From NCBI GenBank assembly GCA_002633005.1, contig NMRA01001113.1, positions 11,910 through 53,639 on the forward strand: 41,730 nt of DNA. The letters run 5' to 3'. The DNA is from Phoronis australis. Its lineage: Eukaryota; Animalia; Phoronida. Positions 1 to 13,314 of the stretch are shown here, piece after piece. The position numbers and the translations under genes were made by a program. The notes under the pieces were generated by a model, which was not told the origin of the DNA, made no database searches, and worked only from the letters and a program-made list of their open reading frames with translations. Each line of letters begins with the position of its first letter. Within the stretch, counting starts at the first letter, position 1.

Positions 1-168
1 GCAAGTTCAAAATGGCGGTGGTTCATCGGGTGCGAATCGTGAGTGGCGCGTTCATTTAAACTGTTTTCGAGTACGGATCGTGTATTAGTTATGGGGTAGG
101 TACTTCTTGGATCGTTATAACATCCTATAACCATGTAATAAGCGTTAACAACGTGTGAGACCAGGACT
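1..168. mobile_element. Terminal part of a second copy of the 3800-5198 element family (opposite orientation)
   Basis: Reverse complement of 3800-3967 aligns along its length; ends GGACT|TTAA at 168/169-172. Confidence 0.75.
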
Positions 169-1059
169 TTAAGCCAATATTACTATCTAAAATCATTTCA
201 TTATGGTCACACACATTTGACACAAAATTGACTTGTGAGTATTCTATGTAATGGTTATGTCTTTTCATAATAAGAAAGACGCTGACTTCCATTACAAGTT
301 AAGGACATTTCGATACTTTTCTCCAAAAGATTTGCCCTTTGTAATATAGCCCCTTCGGGCTATTGGTCCGTCGGACTATCGGCCGTCGAACTATTGCATG
401 GCGGATTTTCATTTCGGACTACTGTCGTTGCAAACACTGGAGAATGAAAAAAACGGGTACTCCGTTTTGAAAGAGCGGGATATTTTGATAAAAATTGAGG
501 CATCTGATCTGATCGAAGTGTCAGCCGATGTGGCACCGCAGCAATTTTGGCTGCGTTTTATTTTTCTGCTCGTACGAGAAATCGTAGATTGTAGACAACA
601 AATTCGCAACTCCGACATTTTCTTCAGACTTGGGAAATATCCTAGAGTAGATGAGGCGCTACCTTCTAAACATAGAAAGCTCATCTTCCGGCTAGTGTAT
701 TTTGACGGGAAATTCTTCCACCTATTTTACTGTCTAGTACAACGAAAAAAAAAATAATTCCGGCATTGAAACGGTCTTCCAACAGTTGAGTCCAGAAATT
801 TTGAGCGGCACTCAGTGCATTCACGAATAAAATGAAACGTCTTGTTGAGTATGTAAACTGCTTTTGAACTACTGGTTCCTAGTGTTGAAGTACGAGATAC
901 GAGCGTTCAATTTATTTAAACACAGATGTGAGTTGGGCAAAACCAACAATCCAGGTCCCGACGAAATGACCATCATTAGCAGACGACGTACTTGCCGGTA
1001 GTGAAGTGTGCTATGTCTGCCAGGTGTCGCTAGTGGCTAATGACGTCACATATTTCGTC

Positions 1060-2125
1060 TATTGGAAATAGCGTTCCATGTACTATAGTCTATGGAGTAC
1101 CGAAACGCCCGATGTCGCAAAATTTTAGGAAATGGTGTGTGAGCGTGTCACGTGCGTACTGTTTTCAAAACGACGACAGACTTTACTTCGTTACAAAAGG
1201 GAGAAAAAGACGTTGATTACATTTTCTCTTAAACGGCCGTAACGGGCAAGGTGAGCGTCGGTTGACTCGCAGAGTTTGCTCACAGCCAGCCGGTCGTTAG
1301 CTTTAGATGTTGATATCGTTTTCCCGACGAGGTGACGAGCAGAACAACACGGCCTTTGTGAAATTTCGGGTACTAACGGAGCTCAACACACATTGTAGCC
1401 AGCTGTATGACGGTATTGTCAAAATACAGCTCGGTACCACTGTGTGTTCAGCGCTGACAGACCTCTAAATTGCTTAACCCGGTAGTTCTGCTCGTCACCT
1501 TACCGTGAATTTTGTATCAACATGTAGAGCTGAAGATCGGACGGGGTGCAGGCAAAATCTGGGAGTCAACCGACACTCACCTTGCCCGTTACAGCCGTTT
1601 TTTAAAGTGAAAAACAATCTAATAAACGTCATTTTGTGGCGTAATTCTCCACCTTTTATAACAAAGAAAACTACGTCATCGTTTTGACAGAAGTACGATC
1701 GTGACAAGCGCACGCGCCATTTCTTAACTTTCTACGATTTGATCTGAAATTCGGTTTGCTGGTATTAAAATTATAAAAACTTTTTTTGAAGTGAAACCAG
1801 ATCCGATAAGTTGTTGTGACGTGTACGCAACCTTGTAAAAGAACAATAGTTTATCTAAAAATCGGCGAAAAAACTGGCTCACAGGTGACGCAATATTTCA
1901 TCATAGTGCCGCCATAGACTATAATCTACATGTATGATGCCACAGAAAGCTGACGCAAAAGATCGCTCCACAACTTTAGCAGTAGAATAACGGTAGAACG
2001 CCTATTTCCAACACCGGTAAATAATTTAGTCTACTCAAGGAAGAGTGTCGTTTTTAAAGACAATAATTTTGTGGCAGAGTTTGCATGGTTAGTTTTTTAC
2101 CCACGTCGGCGCAAAGCTGGGTGTT
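1060..2125. repeat. Foldback/palindromic repeat family A, copy with both arms
   Basis: 1110-1395 is an imperfect reverse complement of 1440-1740 (e.g. taacgggcaaggtgag / ctcaccttgcccgtta; aggtgacgagcagaac / gttctgctcgtcacct); axis near 1415. Confidence 0.85.
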
Positions 2126-2514
2126 TAGTATATCGTCGGGATACCTATCGTTGTCAGGCTCCAATGGTCGTCCGCCATCTTCTTTCGTGTGCAGCGCAGC
2201 CACGCGGGACGTAGCGTTCCAATTTGGAGTGCTCGTCTGCTAACATCTCGGTAGAAACAGGCCTCGAAGAACTGAGACGAAAATCGGTGCATTTACCGAC
2301 TGTTTTTTGAAACCACTTAAAAACTTGTAGATTTTACTAATGCACATTTTTGTTCATTTTCAGACGATATTTTCGAAATTAAATTTTCTTCAGACGGAAC
2401 AAAAACATCCCAGGGGTTGTTTATGCAATGTATCTATTTGTCCCAGGCACTAACCGGCACCTGCTAGGTCAAAGGAAAAACGCAGCAGACAAATGCAACA
2501 CGCTGGGTGCTTAA

Positions 2515-3795
2515 AAGGGAACTGTATTTTATTCTGAATGAATTCTGGATAGTTTTCTATGAATTGTTGATTAATTTCACAAATAATTCAACACCAAAAA
2601 TTAAACTTATGTTCTCTAACGAAGCTCAAAAAATTACCGGCTTGGAGCGCTGTTTAGTCTCGTGACGTATTTGGCGGGGGCAAAGTCACTGTCCTGTGTT
2701 AGCGTGCAATCAATTAGCGTTTTTTATATTGTCGGAATAAGAAATTTTAGTGTGAAATTTCGGGTCACAAGGGATACCTGTTTGAGCCGAGGCAACACAA
2801 AGTGATACCNNNNNNNNNNNNNNNNNNNNNNNNNNNNNNNNNNNNNNNNNNNNNNNNNNNNNNNNNNNNNNNNNNNNNNNNNNNNNNNNNNNNNNNNNNN
2901 NNNNNNNNNNNNNNNNNNNNNNNNNNNNNNNNNNNNNNNNNNNNNNNNNNNNNNNNNNNNNNNNNNNNNNNNNNNNNNNNNNNNNNNNNNNNNNNNNNNN
3001 NNNNNNNNNNNNNNNNNNNNNNNNNNNNNNNNNNNNNNNNNNNNNNNNNNNNNNNNNNNNNNNNNNNNNNNNNNNNNNNNNNNNNNNNNNNNNNNNNNNN
3101 NNNNNNNNNNNNNNNNNNNNNNNNNNNNNNNNNNNNNNNNNNNNNNNNNNNNNNNNNNNNNNNNNNNNNNNNNNNNNNNNNNNNNNNNNNNNNNNNNNNN
3201 NNNNNNNNNNNNNNNNNNNNNNNNNNNNNNNNNNNNNNNNNNNNNNNNNNNNNNNNNNNNNNNNNNNNNNNNNNNNNNNNNNNNNNNNNNNNNNNNNNNN
3301 NNNNNNNNNNNNNNNNNNNNNNNNNNNNNNNNNNNNNNNNNNNNNNNNNNNNNNNNNNNNNNNNNNNNNNNNNNNNNNNNNNNNNNNNNNNNNNNNNNNN
3401 NNNNNNNNNNNNNNNNNNNNNNCGATGGTATGCGATGACCATCCCTTTAGAAGACGCCTTTTTCGAAGAGTTTGAGCAACCAGGTGCCATACAAAAAGGC
3501 ATAGCGAACCTTTTACAGCACTGTGGCAAACAATAAAAAATAAGGACGATTGATACAATGATAAATTGCGATGTAAACTCTTTAAATATGACATAAGCAA
3601 TGAATGTGCAAAGCAGCCGATACCCCGCCGTTCACGTCACTGACACATCAGCCAATCAGCGATCGCTTTCAGAATACAGTGTTTTGACCATGAATACGAA
3701 TTGGCTTTTGTTTGGCACGCAAGTCAGGCAAATGTGAGTTTTATTTGTATGTTAGAACCGATTAACTGCAACATTATTTTGACTACAGTCCCCTT
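2515..3795 (-). mobile_element. Kolobok-like element with THAP remnant, spanning the assembly gap
   Basis: TTAA|AAGGGAACTGTA ... TACAGTCCCCTT|TTAA; minus-strand THAP start MPFCMAPGCSNSSKKASSKGMVIAYH at 3502 runs into the Ns. Confidence 0.75.
2810..3422. other. Assembly gap (613 N)
   Basis: Run of n. Confidence 1.
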
Positions 3796-3799
3796 TTAA

Positions 3800-5198
3800 A
3801 GTCCAAGAAGCACATGTTGTTAACCCTTATTACATGGTTAGAAGATGTTATAAGGATCCAAGAAGTACCTACCCCATAACTAATGCACGATCCGTACTCG
3901 AAAAAAGTTTAAAAGAACGCGCCACTCACGATTCGCACCCGAAGAACCACCGCTATTTTGAACTTGCCGCGAACCCGGAAGCACAATTCATTCAGGAACC
4001 CAGGCTAAGAAAACGCCGTCAGTACGACTGGAGCAGTGCCTGTTACCAGCCTGCAAACGAGGGTGAAATAATCGACAGCGCGCCTTAATTGTAATAAAAT
4101 CAAAATACGGACAATTTTATCGAATTTGCTGAAGAACTGTGGCGTATAAATTTGGACAGAAATTGTTTTGCGGGATTCGGGGCCGCAGCCTATCGGACCC
4201 AGTGCGGATCGAGACCAGACACTGGCGAACGGTAAATGCATGCGGTTGCAAGCTGTTTTGTCGAAGTAAAATGTTCAAATCATGAATGCCGTATATATTC
4301 AAAGATAGTTTCAGACACTTGCATAAAATTACGGGCTGGTTAGTCCTGTCACACTGCCGCGGCAGCCCTTAGCTAGCCTCAGAGCCAGCTACCAGTATGA
4401 AGACTATCGCCAAAATACAGTTTGTTAAAGGGCTTATACAGCTTTGGGCCAAGGCTACTCTTATGCCTACGTGGTCCCTGGCCACAGCGCTCGCTCAATC
4501 GAGGTTTATTTAGAACTTGGGGTCTTCTGGCGAACTGTGCAAAGTCGGCTTTCAATAGAGATTTGCCCAGACTTTGCACGAGCGCACCAAGCTTAAAATG
4601 GGGGGTTGGAATTTTTGGGAATGTCTGTCTTTTACTATAAGATTCACTGTGTAAGTTCAGAGCTATGAATTGCAAACGCTAAGTTTTGGTACTTTCTGTC
4701 TTCTATTGGACTTTTGTCTGTTTTCTACTTTTTTCGGAGTTCGTGCTTCTATGACTGAGGCAGACCCTTTTCCATTTCTCCAAATAAGAGGCTCGTTCGA
4801 GCACATAAGTATGACAAGTCCAATACAAAATGTTATCATTTTTTATTCATTATGCCAAAACGATTCAACCTTTTACCATAATAAGTAACTTAAAATGCAC
4901 AATACTTTACAACATTTAAGCATTACAAACACTATCCAACAGCACAAGTTTTCATGATATGAAAGTGGACATACATGTAACTATTACCATGGTGACCGAA
5001 TAGTATTTCCTTACACCAGAATTTGACACGCATGATTTAAAGAAAATATGAAGTTGCAAGGAACAAGAAATGGAGGTTTGAAGCTTCACAATCCAACATA
5101 GCTTATTTCTCTAATTAAGATTTTTCATATTGTTGACTTGATAACCTGAATTAAGAAAGCAATAAGTTACAAAACATGACTTGAAAGCAATTTAGACT
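3800..5198. mobile_element. TTAA-target (Kolobok-like) non-autonomous element
   Basis: TTAA|AGTCCAA ... TTAGACT|TTAA; its first ~168 bp (3800-3967) is a close inverted copy of window positions 1-168. Confidence 0.65.
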
Positions 5199-5202
5199 TT
5201 AA

Positions 5203-5630
5203 GATAGCGTACAGCGGCTTAAACACCTTTTTGACACCAGAGATGGATGTATTGTTCATAAAAAATATTGTTTTTGCTTCTTACATACCTCAGAAAGTAA
5301 TTAATTGCGACGCAAATTACACCGCGTATAATTCGTAGCCCCTTCGTGCGCCCCAGCAAAAATCTCAACCAATCCGTGTAAAGTGGTTCATATGACATCG
5401 TGGACACGAATTTATTGGGGAGCCACACTGCGTAACAGCTGAGTGCCGTTTTGTACTTGTCGATCTCTGGGCTAAAATGGCTTTTTTCGTGGTGTACTGC
5501 GGGTGTAGCAATGTCAGTGGCAATGGGATACATTTGCACAACTTCCCCACCGATCACGTCGTGTGCCGTGCGTGGAATAGATCCGTATCCACAACAAGGC
5601 CTGGCGACAAACGTTCCCATCGGCAAGATC
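5203..5630 (+). mobile_element. Truncated THAP-bearing DNA transposon fragment
   Basis: Starts right after TTAA (5199-5202); THAP-like MAFFVVYCGCSNVSGNGIHLHNFPTDHVVCRAWNRSV from ATG 5477; cut off by a foldback-family copy. Confidence 0.6.
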
Positions 5631-5635
5631 TGATT

Positions 5636-6455
5636 TAGACTTGGTGCAAAGCTGTATACAAAATCTACTGCTTCGCGTCGATGTGGGTAAAAAGGACTAA
5701 ATAAAATCTGACGCAGAAATAGTGTCATTAAAAGCTGCACCGCTCTTTGAGTAAACCAAATTATTTACCGGTGTTGGAAGAATTATCGTTCTAGGCCTAC
5801 CGCTCATATACTGTTAAAATTGAAGTGCGCTCTTGGGAGTCGGCATTTGGCGATTACGTCACCTGACCTGTACAATTTCTTTTCCCCGCCGATTTATTCT
5901 TCTGTCAACTATTCTTTGCTGTCACGAGGTTGCGTACTGTCACAACGAATTGTCGGAACTAGTCTCATTTCGTTACAAGTTATTAGCATTTTTAAGACCA
6001 ACAAACCGAATTTAGCACAAACTTTACTGCTGCGAAGCTGTTATCATGTCCCAAAAGTAGTCGCAAAATTTTAGTACGGCGCGTGCGCGTTTCACGAGCG
6101 TACTGTTTCAAAAAGACAACAGACTTTCTTTGTTAGAAAACTCAAAAGGCCAAGAGTAATGCTAGAAAATGACGTTCATTAGATTGTTTTTCCCTTAAAC
6201 GACTGGCACTGAACGGGCAAGGTGAGTGTCCGAATTGTCTCCCAGATTTTGCATGCACCCCGGTCGTCGGTCGTTGGCTCTGTGATATAAGTTTCACGAC
6301 GAGTTGACTAACACAACTCATACACGGTCTGTATGTAGGCCTATGAAATTTCGTGATAGACTACAGTCTATGGTCTATGGTTTAACAGAGCTCAAGTCAC
6401 AGTGTTACCTGACTGTATTTTGACGATAGCCTTCAAACAGCTAGCTGGTTGGCTA
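5636..6455 (+). repeat. Foldback family A, one full arm plus centre
   Basis: Aligns with the reverse complement of 1400-2120 and with 21190-21740. Confidence 0.8.
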
Positions 6456-9400
6456 CAAAAAAATCTGCAGTGTGCACTTCGACGTTTCGTGTCACTGTTA
6501 CGGCCCAGAGTATAGGGAATCCGGCCCAAATCCGGAATATTCTGTCTGATTTGGGTCGTTCCCGTAGGCCTAACGGAATTCTGATGCTGAATTTAAAACG
6601 TTCAATTGATTACAAATTCTTATGACTGGGTATGTTTTCATGCAATACATCTTGATTTCGTAGTTTTAATTTATTACAGGCACGCACAATGTTGTGTTGT
6701 TATTGAATTTTCAATTTTTTTTAGCTTGACCGATTACGGGTTGCAGCATTTCAAGGCAATTTATTTTGAAAATTGAGTTTCTAATATAAAATTTTCAAAT
6801 GAATTTGAATATAGTTGCATTGCCGTACGAAAAGATCATGCTGATATGTGCTGTAAGCCTAACGTTTCTAAGTATTTTGCACCAAATTAAATGGCCTGTT
6901 GTCGTCTATACTCATACGGGACACACACTAGACAGTCGTCCGTATTGGAATCGCGCAGCGTTCACACCTTCGGCTTCAAAAAGACATGAATGGAAAGTTA
7001 CTAACATCAAAGTTTTTGAATCGAACAAATTACACTGTATAATAAACATTGGGAAATTGCTGATAACAATTCAGACGAAGCATTTTGTTTTTCCGGCTGT
7101 TTCAACGACACCAGTCTCACTCCCGGGGATTCCCATATGGGCCCGTATTAGAATGTGTGCTAAATAATTGAATAAAAATTCTAAAGGTAGTGATTTTGAT
7201 TAATTTTAATATTAACTGACATGAAATGAAAAATTAATGTGTTTCCTTGATTTTCCACGTATTTTGCACTAAATTAAAAAACGAGTCATCTCTGATTCCA
7301 ATACTCTGGAGACACGGTGAAAGCCAAATTTGTTGTAACGATGACGTCATAGACTTCGATTAGTGCAAGCACCGTCTCAAGATTTTTTTTTGGCGCTAAA
7401 CGGGGTTCGTGATGGGGCTACTGTATTGTCGAAGGCCTACTTAATTAACGACTGGGGTATGCTATGACACAGTATGTTGATGTTTTTTTTATCAATAAAT
7501 GTACTTTAGATGTAAAAATAGTCATTTTGGCACCATACTTGGCTTCTAAACTTTAGAAAAATATGAATCATTTTGTGACATCTCATCAAGCCTTGAAGAA
7601 CAGTTGACAGTCAAACAAAAAACCATTTCAAAATCATTTCAACTATTGTTTTTAACTTAGAGTAGGATCACCTGAATGGGAAAGTCACAGTAAAATAATT
7701 CGAATATATCTTATAGTTTTTGCACAAAAACACGAAAATTGAACAAAGTTCCTTTTTGTAGCAACGTTTGTCAAAATGTATCAACGTTAAATCTTCACAA
7801 ATTACAAAGTAACAGGTTGAACATGCCTTTCAGTTCAGCAAAAGTCGCCATTTTGTCGGTGCCGCCAGAAATGAGAGTCCAACGAGAATTGTGAGCACAT
7901 TCATCACTTAATAAGTAACAACCGCGAGGCTGAAACTTGGTGAAAACCGTTGAATCGTGCAGAATATTAAGTAAAGATATGTCTCACTAAATTTCACCGT
8001 AAATTGTTGGCGAAAACAATTTACACAAAGTTTTAAACTCGTAACTTATCCCGCTGTCCTCCAATATGGCCGACGCTATCCAAACAATGTGACGCAAATT
8101 TCGCCACAAAAATTGCAATAACTTTACACTGCTTGCCCCGATTTTGATACTTTTTCGATTTTTACTGAGTAGAATGTACCACCTTTCCGATGAGAGCAAA
8201 GTACTTCTTCAAAACTAAAAAAAAAATCAAAACGAAAAAACTTTGGTTCGACTCATATTGATTTCTAGGTTCGACAGCCCAACATAACAGGAACTAAACA
8301 CCAATGCTATTTTAACATAATAAACATTAAAAGTATGCGTAACATTCCAAAAAATTCATCGACCACTAACAACAAACTATAAATACACTATATATACAAA
8401 CGAATCACGATATATTACTAATAAAACGTCAAAATAATGAAGACTTTTCGAGAAAGCCATAGCGCATTCATTTACAAGGAAAAAATGGCGGTCGGAAATG
8501 TAAGTACAGAATAACGATGACAGCCGGTAATTATACGCTCACGGAGGTCAAATACTGTTAAAAATTGCTTTTGGCACGAAAGGTGAAAAGAATATAACGA
8601 AAGGGTATCGAAAATAAGATTTTATTTAGTAAGTATTTTCGGATACTGGAACCATATTGGCACTTTGATAAGGACTTTAACAGTAATGTGTTTCGGCCCA
8701 CGCACCGTCATGAAAATATTGTCCACTTGTTTTTATTGCAAAACACAGTACTGAGCTCAACATTTATGTTGAAATTTTTAGTTTAAGCAATTTTGGATTT
8801 TTTGAAGAAAATTAAAATACTTGAATTGATAGAGAATGGCCACCAACAAAGTAAAACATTCAATACTTTATTGCATTGTTACATGTACATACATGTACCA
8901 CACAGCATGGCATAATTAAAAATAAAAGACGATATCGAGCAATAAAATGCAAATGTAACTTGGGTATTTATTTGTATTTATAATTGCAGAAGCCTGTTAA
9001 AGGTGAGAAAAAATAAAATTTAAACAATATGATATTGGGTAATTTATTAGAACAACTGTATAAGGTTTAATGATCAACTTAGGCCGACCAAGTCTCAAAG
9101 TGTTACAGTTCTGTTTTGGCTGGCAATGTGTTAACAAAGATTGAAGAAAAACTGAAAAGAATAAGAAAGACAACATAGATAAGTAATGTTAAGAACAACA
9201 AGAGCAAAAGGTCAAATAAAGAGGCCACAAATAGAAAATAAGTAAGATGTATCTGGAATATTGCGATTTATTTTCCAGAACTGAAATTCTGAACCAATTT
9301 TAACCGATTTAAAAATCAATATCATACCAGTAAAACAGTTTGTGGTTGAACTAGAATTCTTGTAAACCACTTTCCACTATTTTCTTGGCCTTTATCTGCG

Positions 9401-10198
9401 TGGTTTTCTGTTCTTTAAAAAGCGGCAGCATATGACGACCATAGGCGTCATTATAAAATGGCTGCCGAAAAGCAATATACAGTTGGAACAACTCGTCATA
9501 AATAAAAGAACACTTTTGAATCAACGAATACTATATATTTGTGAGAGTTCAATCAAATCCTATTCAGAGCATAACTTTGAAGTGGAATAATTAGGTGAGT
9601 ACGACAACAAGCCGGTTTTATGCTTAGCCGGACGACCATTGGGTTCCCGAGTGTACTGTACAGCTTTGCGCCAAGGCTACTGTAGCTGTATTTTGATGAT
9701 AGTCTTCATACAGCGGCTGGCTAACACCGAAGATGCAGTAGCAGGCGACAGAACAAGAATCGGTTGAAATGAACAAAACATGATTTAAGATGCTTTTAAG
9801 AAGTAAACATGAAGCCGCACCTCCCTGGCCCAACCAAGAAAAGTGAAGCACTGTCGCGTGTTACGCACGCGCAAGTATTGGCGTAAACACTACGTAGGCC
9901 TATGTGCTGCAAGGCAGCCTCTGCAAGTAGGATTTTTCGTTGTCTCTGAACGTATTGAGTGGACAGTGTCGCAGCAAGTGGCGTAGCTTCGGGCGACACA
10001 ACGGGATTCTGTTCATTGCAATATGCCCTTCCCCAGTTGCGTTTGGTCTCTTTCTTCAATACAATGTGCCCTCATGGCCTAACGTTGTTACTTGCTCAGT
10101 TCAGCCCCCACTCCCTGTCGTCAACAATTTCGCGTTTGGCCCAACACTGCTGAATACCCTTGGCTACGCCAATGGGCGCAGCAAACTTAAACTCTTAC

Positions 10199-10288
10199 CA
10201 ATGTAAGTATCACCACAGTTGTAGATATCGACAAAATGTCACAGCCACAACAATATCTTTTCTCGTCGTCTCCCTTGTCTTTGTCCAT
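10199..10288 (-). CDS. Probable first coding exon of a membrane protein: MDKDKGDDEKRYCCGCDILSISTTVVILTL
   Basis: acgATGG start context; charged N-terminus, CCGC cluster, then the start of a hydrophobic helix; ends at ttg|gtaaga donor, phase 0. Downstream exons were not found in the window. Confidence 0.45.
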
Positions 10289-12845
10289 CGTGGTCTTTAT
10301 CGAAAACTAAATCAAAGCGCGCGGGGAACTGGGAACGCTTACAAGCACGTGGCGTGTTGGCCCAGTCGATTCGAAAGGGTGACACTTACGGTTACGGACG
10401 AGTCTATTTTCTGAACCCAAAATTTCACCGCATCCACTGGTCTTATAGGAATCGCTCTTTTTAAAAAATCACCAACTAAAGATATCGCTTCACCGCGTCA
10501 GTTTTCAAACGTCGGGACACACTAAATATCTTTTTTGGCATCAGTGGAATATTTCTGCAACAAAGGTCAGGTGATTTGCCAAAAATTCTTTATCAAAACA
10601 TTCATTTTATTTAGAAACGATACATGCAAACATTTTGCGTTTTGCTTTGAATGTACTTTTCCAAAACATAGGCTCGCAACATTTTAATTGAAAACCTCAT
10701 TAAAGGACTAGTTCCCCCTCGGGGCAGATACTCGTCAAATGAACATTCGTGTATTGAGCGCAAAAAGTAAGATAGAGTGTTAGCGCCTCTTGTCAATATG
10801 ACGTAGTGTTCAGGGTCATTACAAATTCAAAATAGCAGACTTTTGAAAGTACATACACTGTACATGTATAAGAAAAGGAAGCAGTGTCTTGTATGTTTCG
10901 GTAAGTATTTCTCGTATGGCTTACTATCGATGCTAACGATTACGTAATTAAACATTTTACTGTGAAATATTGATAATAGAAGTGTTGTGAATATACAGTA
11001 AATCAGAAGAAAAATCGCATTTTAACTCAGGGTAGAATGTCTTCCTTCTTCACCATCCGCACTGGAGTTTTCATTAACAAACGTTCTTTTCTCACAAACC
11101 CCATCATTTTCTTACAAGCTGTAGTTCCTTCTTCTTTACCCATGGGGTTATTTTGAGTTCGTGATTGTTTCGTAGTGCTGGGCGTGATAGTCCGCCATTT
11201 GGTAGTTACGCATTAAAATCTATACGACGGAAAAGCTATAGTAATTTTTCGCGTTTAAAATTTTTCGCCTTGGAGTTTAATTTTGTCTCTAAATTTCAGC
11301 ATGCGTCAATTTCAGGTTAGCTTGCGAATAAAGCGCCATCTACTCCGTGGAGTATGTGAGCCCGAAATCATAAAAAGTTCGACGAAATAATAGTTGTTTT
11401 GGAGACAAAAAACGCCGTTTATGATAAACAAAATGAAACTAATGAGGAAAGTGTGGAGTTAGAAAGAACTGAATTTAACTCGAACAACCCTTCGTACTAC
11501 ATACCATTTGCACCTAACAGCTTGCTCAGAACTGCCGAACAACACGTTGCTGAAATCGACGACATTTCGTGAGTACGCTAAAAATAGTTCTTCAAAGGGA
11601 CAATTTATCAGCAAGGAAAGCAAAAGAAGTTATGAAAAATAGAAATGGTCGATTGACATTACTTTTGATGTCCGACATTACGAGATGAATGCCACGTTTT
11701 ACAGTCTGAAAATACCACACATGTGGAAACTGACCGGATCCATGTAAACATCAAAATACAAGCTAGTATTGGCTTACGAAGTAAAAAGAATTCCTCCCAG
11801 TCTTTGAATATTTCTTTTGGAACAAAAACAAACAAGGTCGCTTTAAAATGAACAATATTTGAAACCCAATTACGTGTGACAGCAGTTGGTCAAAGGCGGG
11901 AAACGAGTAGCAGGAGAGGCTTCTAGATAGTTCCGACAAACACAGGTAGGACGCACTCGCCATTGTGTCCCAAAGGATTTGTGCTATATAACTAACAGAA
12001 ACTGCTGCCGGCATGGAGCCACAAAATCGCAAAGTTCCCTGGTGGAAAATTTACTGTTACACACAGCGGCATAGCCACGATTTCCAGTCTATGTACTCAT
12101 TCATGGATCACTAAACCTTTTCACATCAAATGAACATCATTCAGATTTCAGATCGATTCAAACAGCGAGGCACGATGTTGCAAATCAGTGCTGTGCTGCA
12201 CTTTAAACTTAGTTCAGTGACACGCGTCCGGGTAAAAAAATCAGTGCAAACCAAAACAGGCAACGCATAATCAACAAAAAATCACACTTAAAAGTGTAAG
12301 TAGTTGACTGACAGAGGTTTTTGTCACTAAGAAGACGGAATGGTTTTGAATGCCTAGGTCACCAAACTAGCAAGACCTCTGCAAATAACGCTATTTTGAG
12401 AGCCCTTCAGAAGACACAGGAGCAAATAAACCGTACTTCGTCACACAAGCAATTCTTAACTGGAGTGAAAACATCAAAACGGCCAATTTCCATTTTCAAC
12501 GGCAAGACCCTACATGTATATCTAAACGTCAAGAAAATAGGGAGCAGTTTTCTGTAGAAATGCTTACGTTCAAAAATAACATGTTGTTGGACAATTTGTT
12601 TTAAAGAATATATACATGTAAGTTGTCAGCTTGCTTTTGATCAGAATTTCAGCCTTCCATTCAGATTCTACCAAATCACATATTGATCTTTCATAATATA
12701 TCTCAGTTTATTCCGTCTCAGTACCTTACCGTAAATCAAATATAACCTCACTCATCCATAAATGGTCCACATTTGATTGTCAACCTAATTCTCACCAGCC
12801 AGTGGTACTCAAAAGGAAATACATGCCCCCAGCTAGGGGTGTGAC

Positions 12846-12851
12846 TTTATT
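12846..12851 (-). promoter_or_regulatory. Candidate polyadenylation signal AATAAA of the ZZ-DED gene
   Basis: AATAAA on the minus strand ~275 nt downstream of the stop codon; a second copy lies near 12707. Confidence 0.4.
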
Positions 12852-13124
12852 TCACTTTCTGGTGGGCTAATGGCGTATTCTGACGTATATTCCCTGGGGT
12901 GCTTCACATGATCGTGAGATCAACCACAAGGAATTATAACCCCAAAGGCACCTTTCATTGCCTGTCCTTCGTACATCGCTGACATGAAGTGGAAATGTCG
13001 CAAACTCATCGAAAATCCATCGTTTGCCTTTCGAACGAATGCTTGTGGACCAAGATGGTGGACGATCCAAGCGTTACATTTAACCACCCACTGCATGCTC
13101 GGCATGAATAGCTTGATGCCGGGG

Positions 13125-13314
13125 CTATTTATCACTAAACATGATTTCTTTGATTTCACACGCTAGCTGTTCTACTTGATCTTTCAGTTTTATCAGTCTA
13201 CGCAGTTTCAGTAGTCTTATTAATTCGCTGTAATCGCCCATTTCAATGACGCCTTTCTTCTCGAGCGTCCAGAGAAGAATCGGAGTGCCTGTTATACGCT
13301 CCAGCTGTGCAGGT
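13125..13314 (-). CDS. ZZ-DED gene last exon, DED C-terminal half: PAQLERITGTPILLWTLEKKGVIEMGDYSELIRLLKLRRLIKLKDQVEQLACEIKEIMFSDK*
   Basis: ttttacag| acceptor, phase 2 matching the previous donor. DED pattern (LE.I.....L...LE..G.I...D...L..LL); TAG at 13125-13127. Confidence 0.85.

Noticed and set aside
13-45. AAAATGGCG start plus gtgagt donor resembling a first coding exon (MAVVHRVRI)
   Set aside because: Lies in a repeat; the paralogous copy near 3955 reads aaaatagcgg, with no ATG.
398-757. 119-aa plus-strand ORF
   Set aside because: No recognisable domain; ends in an A-run; no splice support.
2710-3600. Long ORFs of 244-296 aa
   Set aside because: Artefacts of translating through the N gap; only the short THAP start is real.
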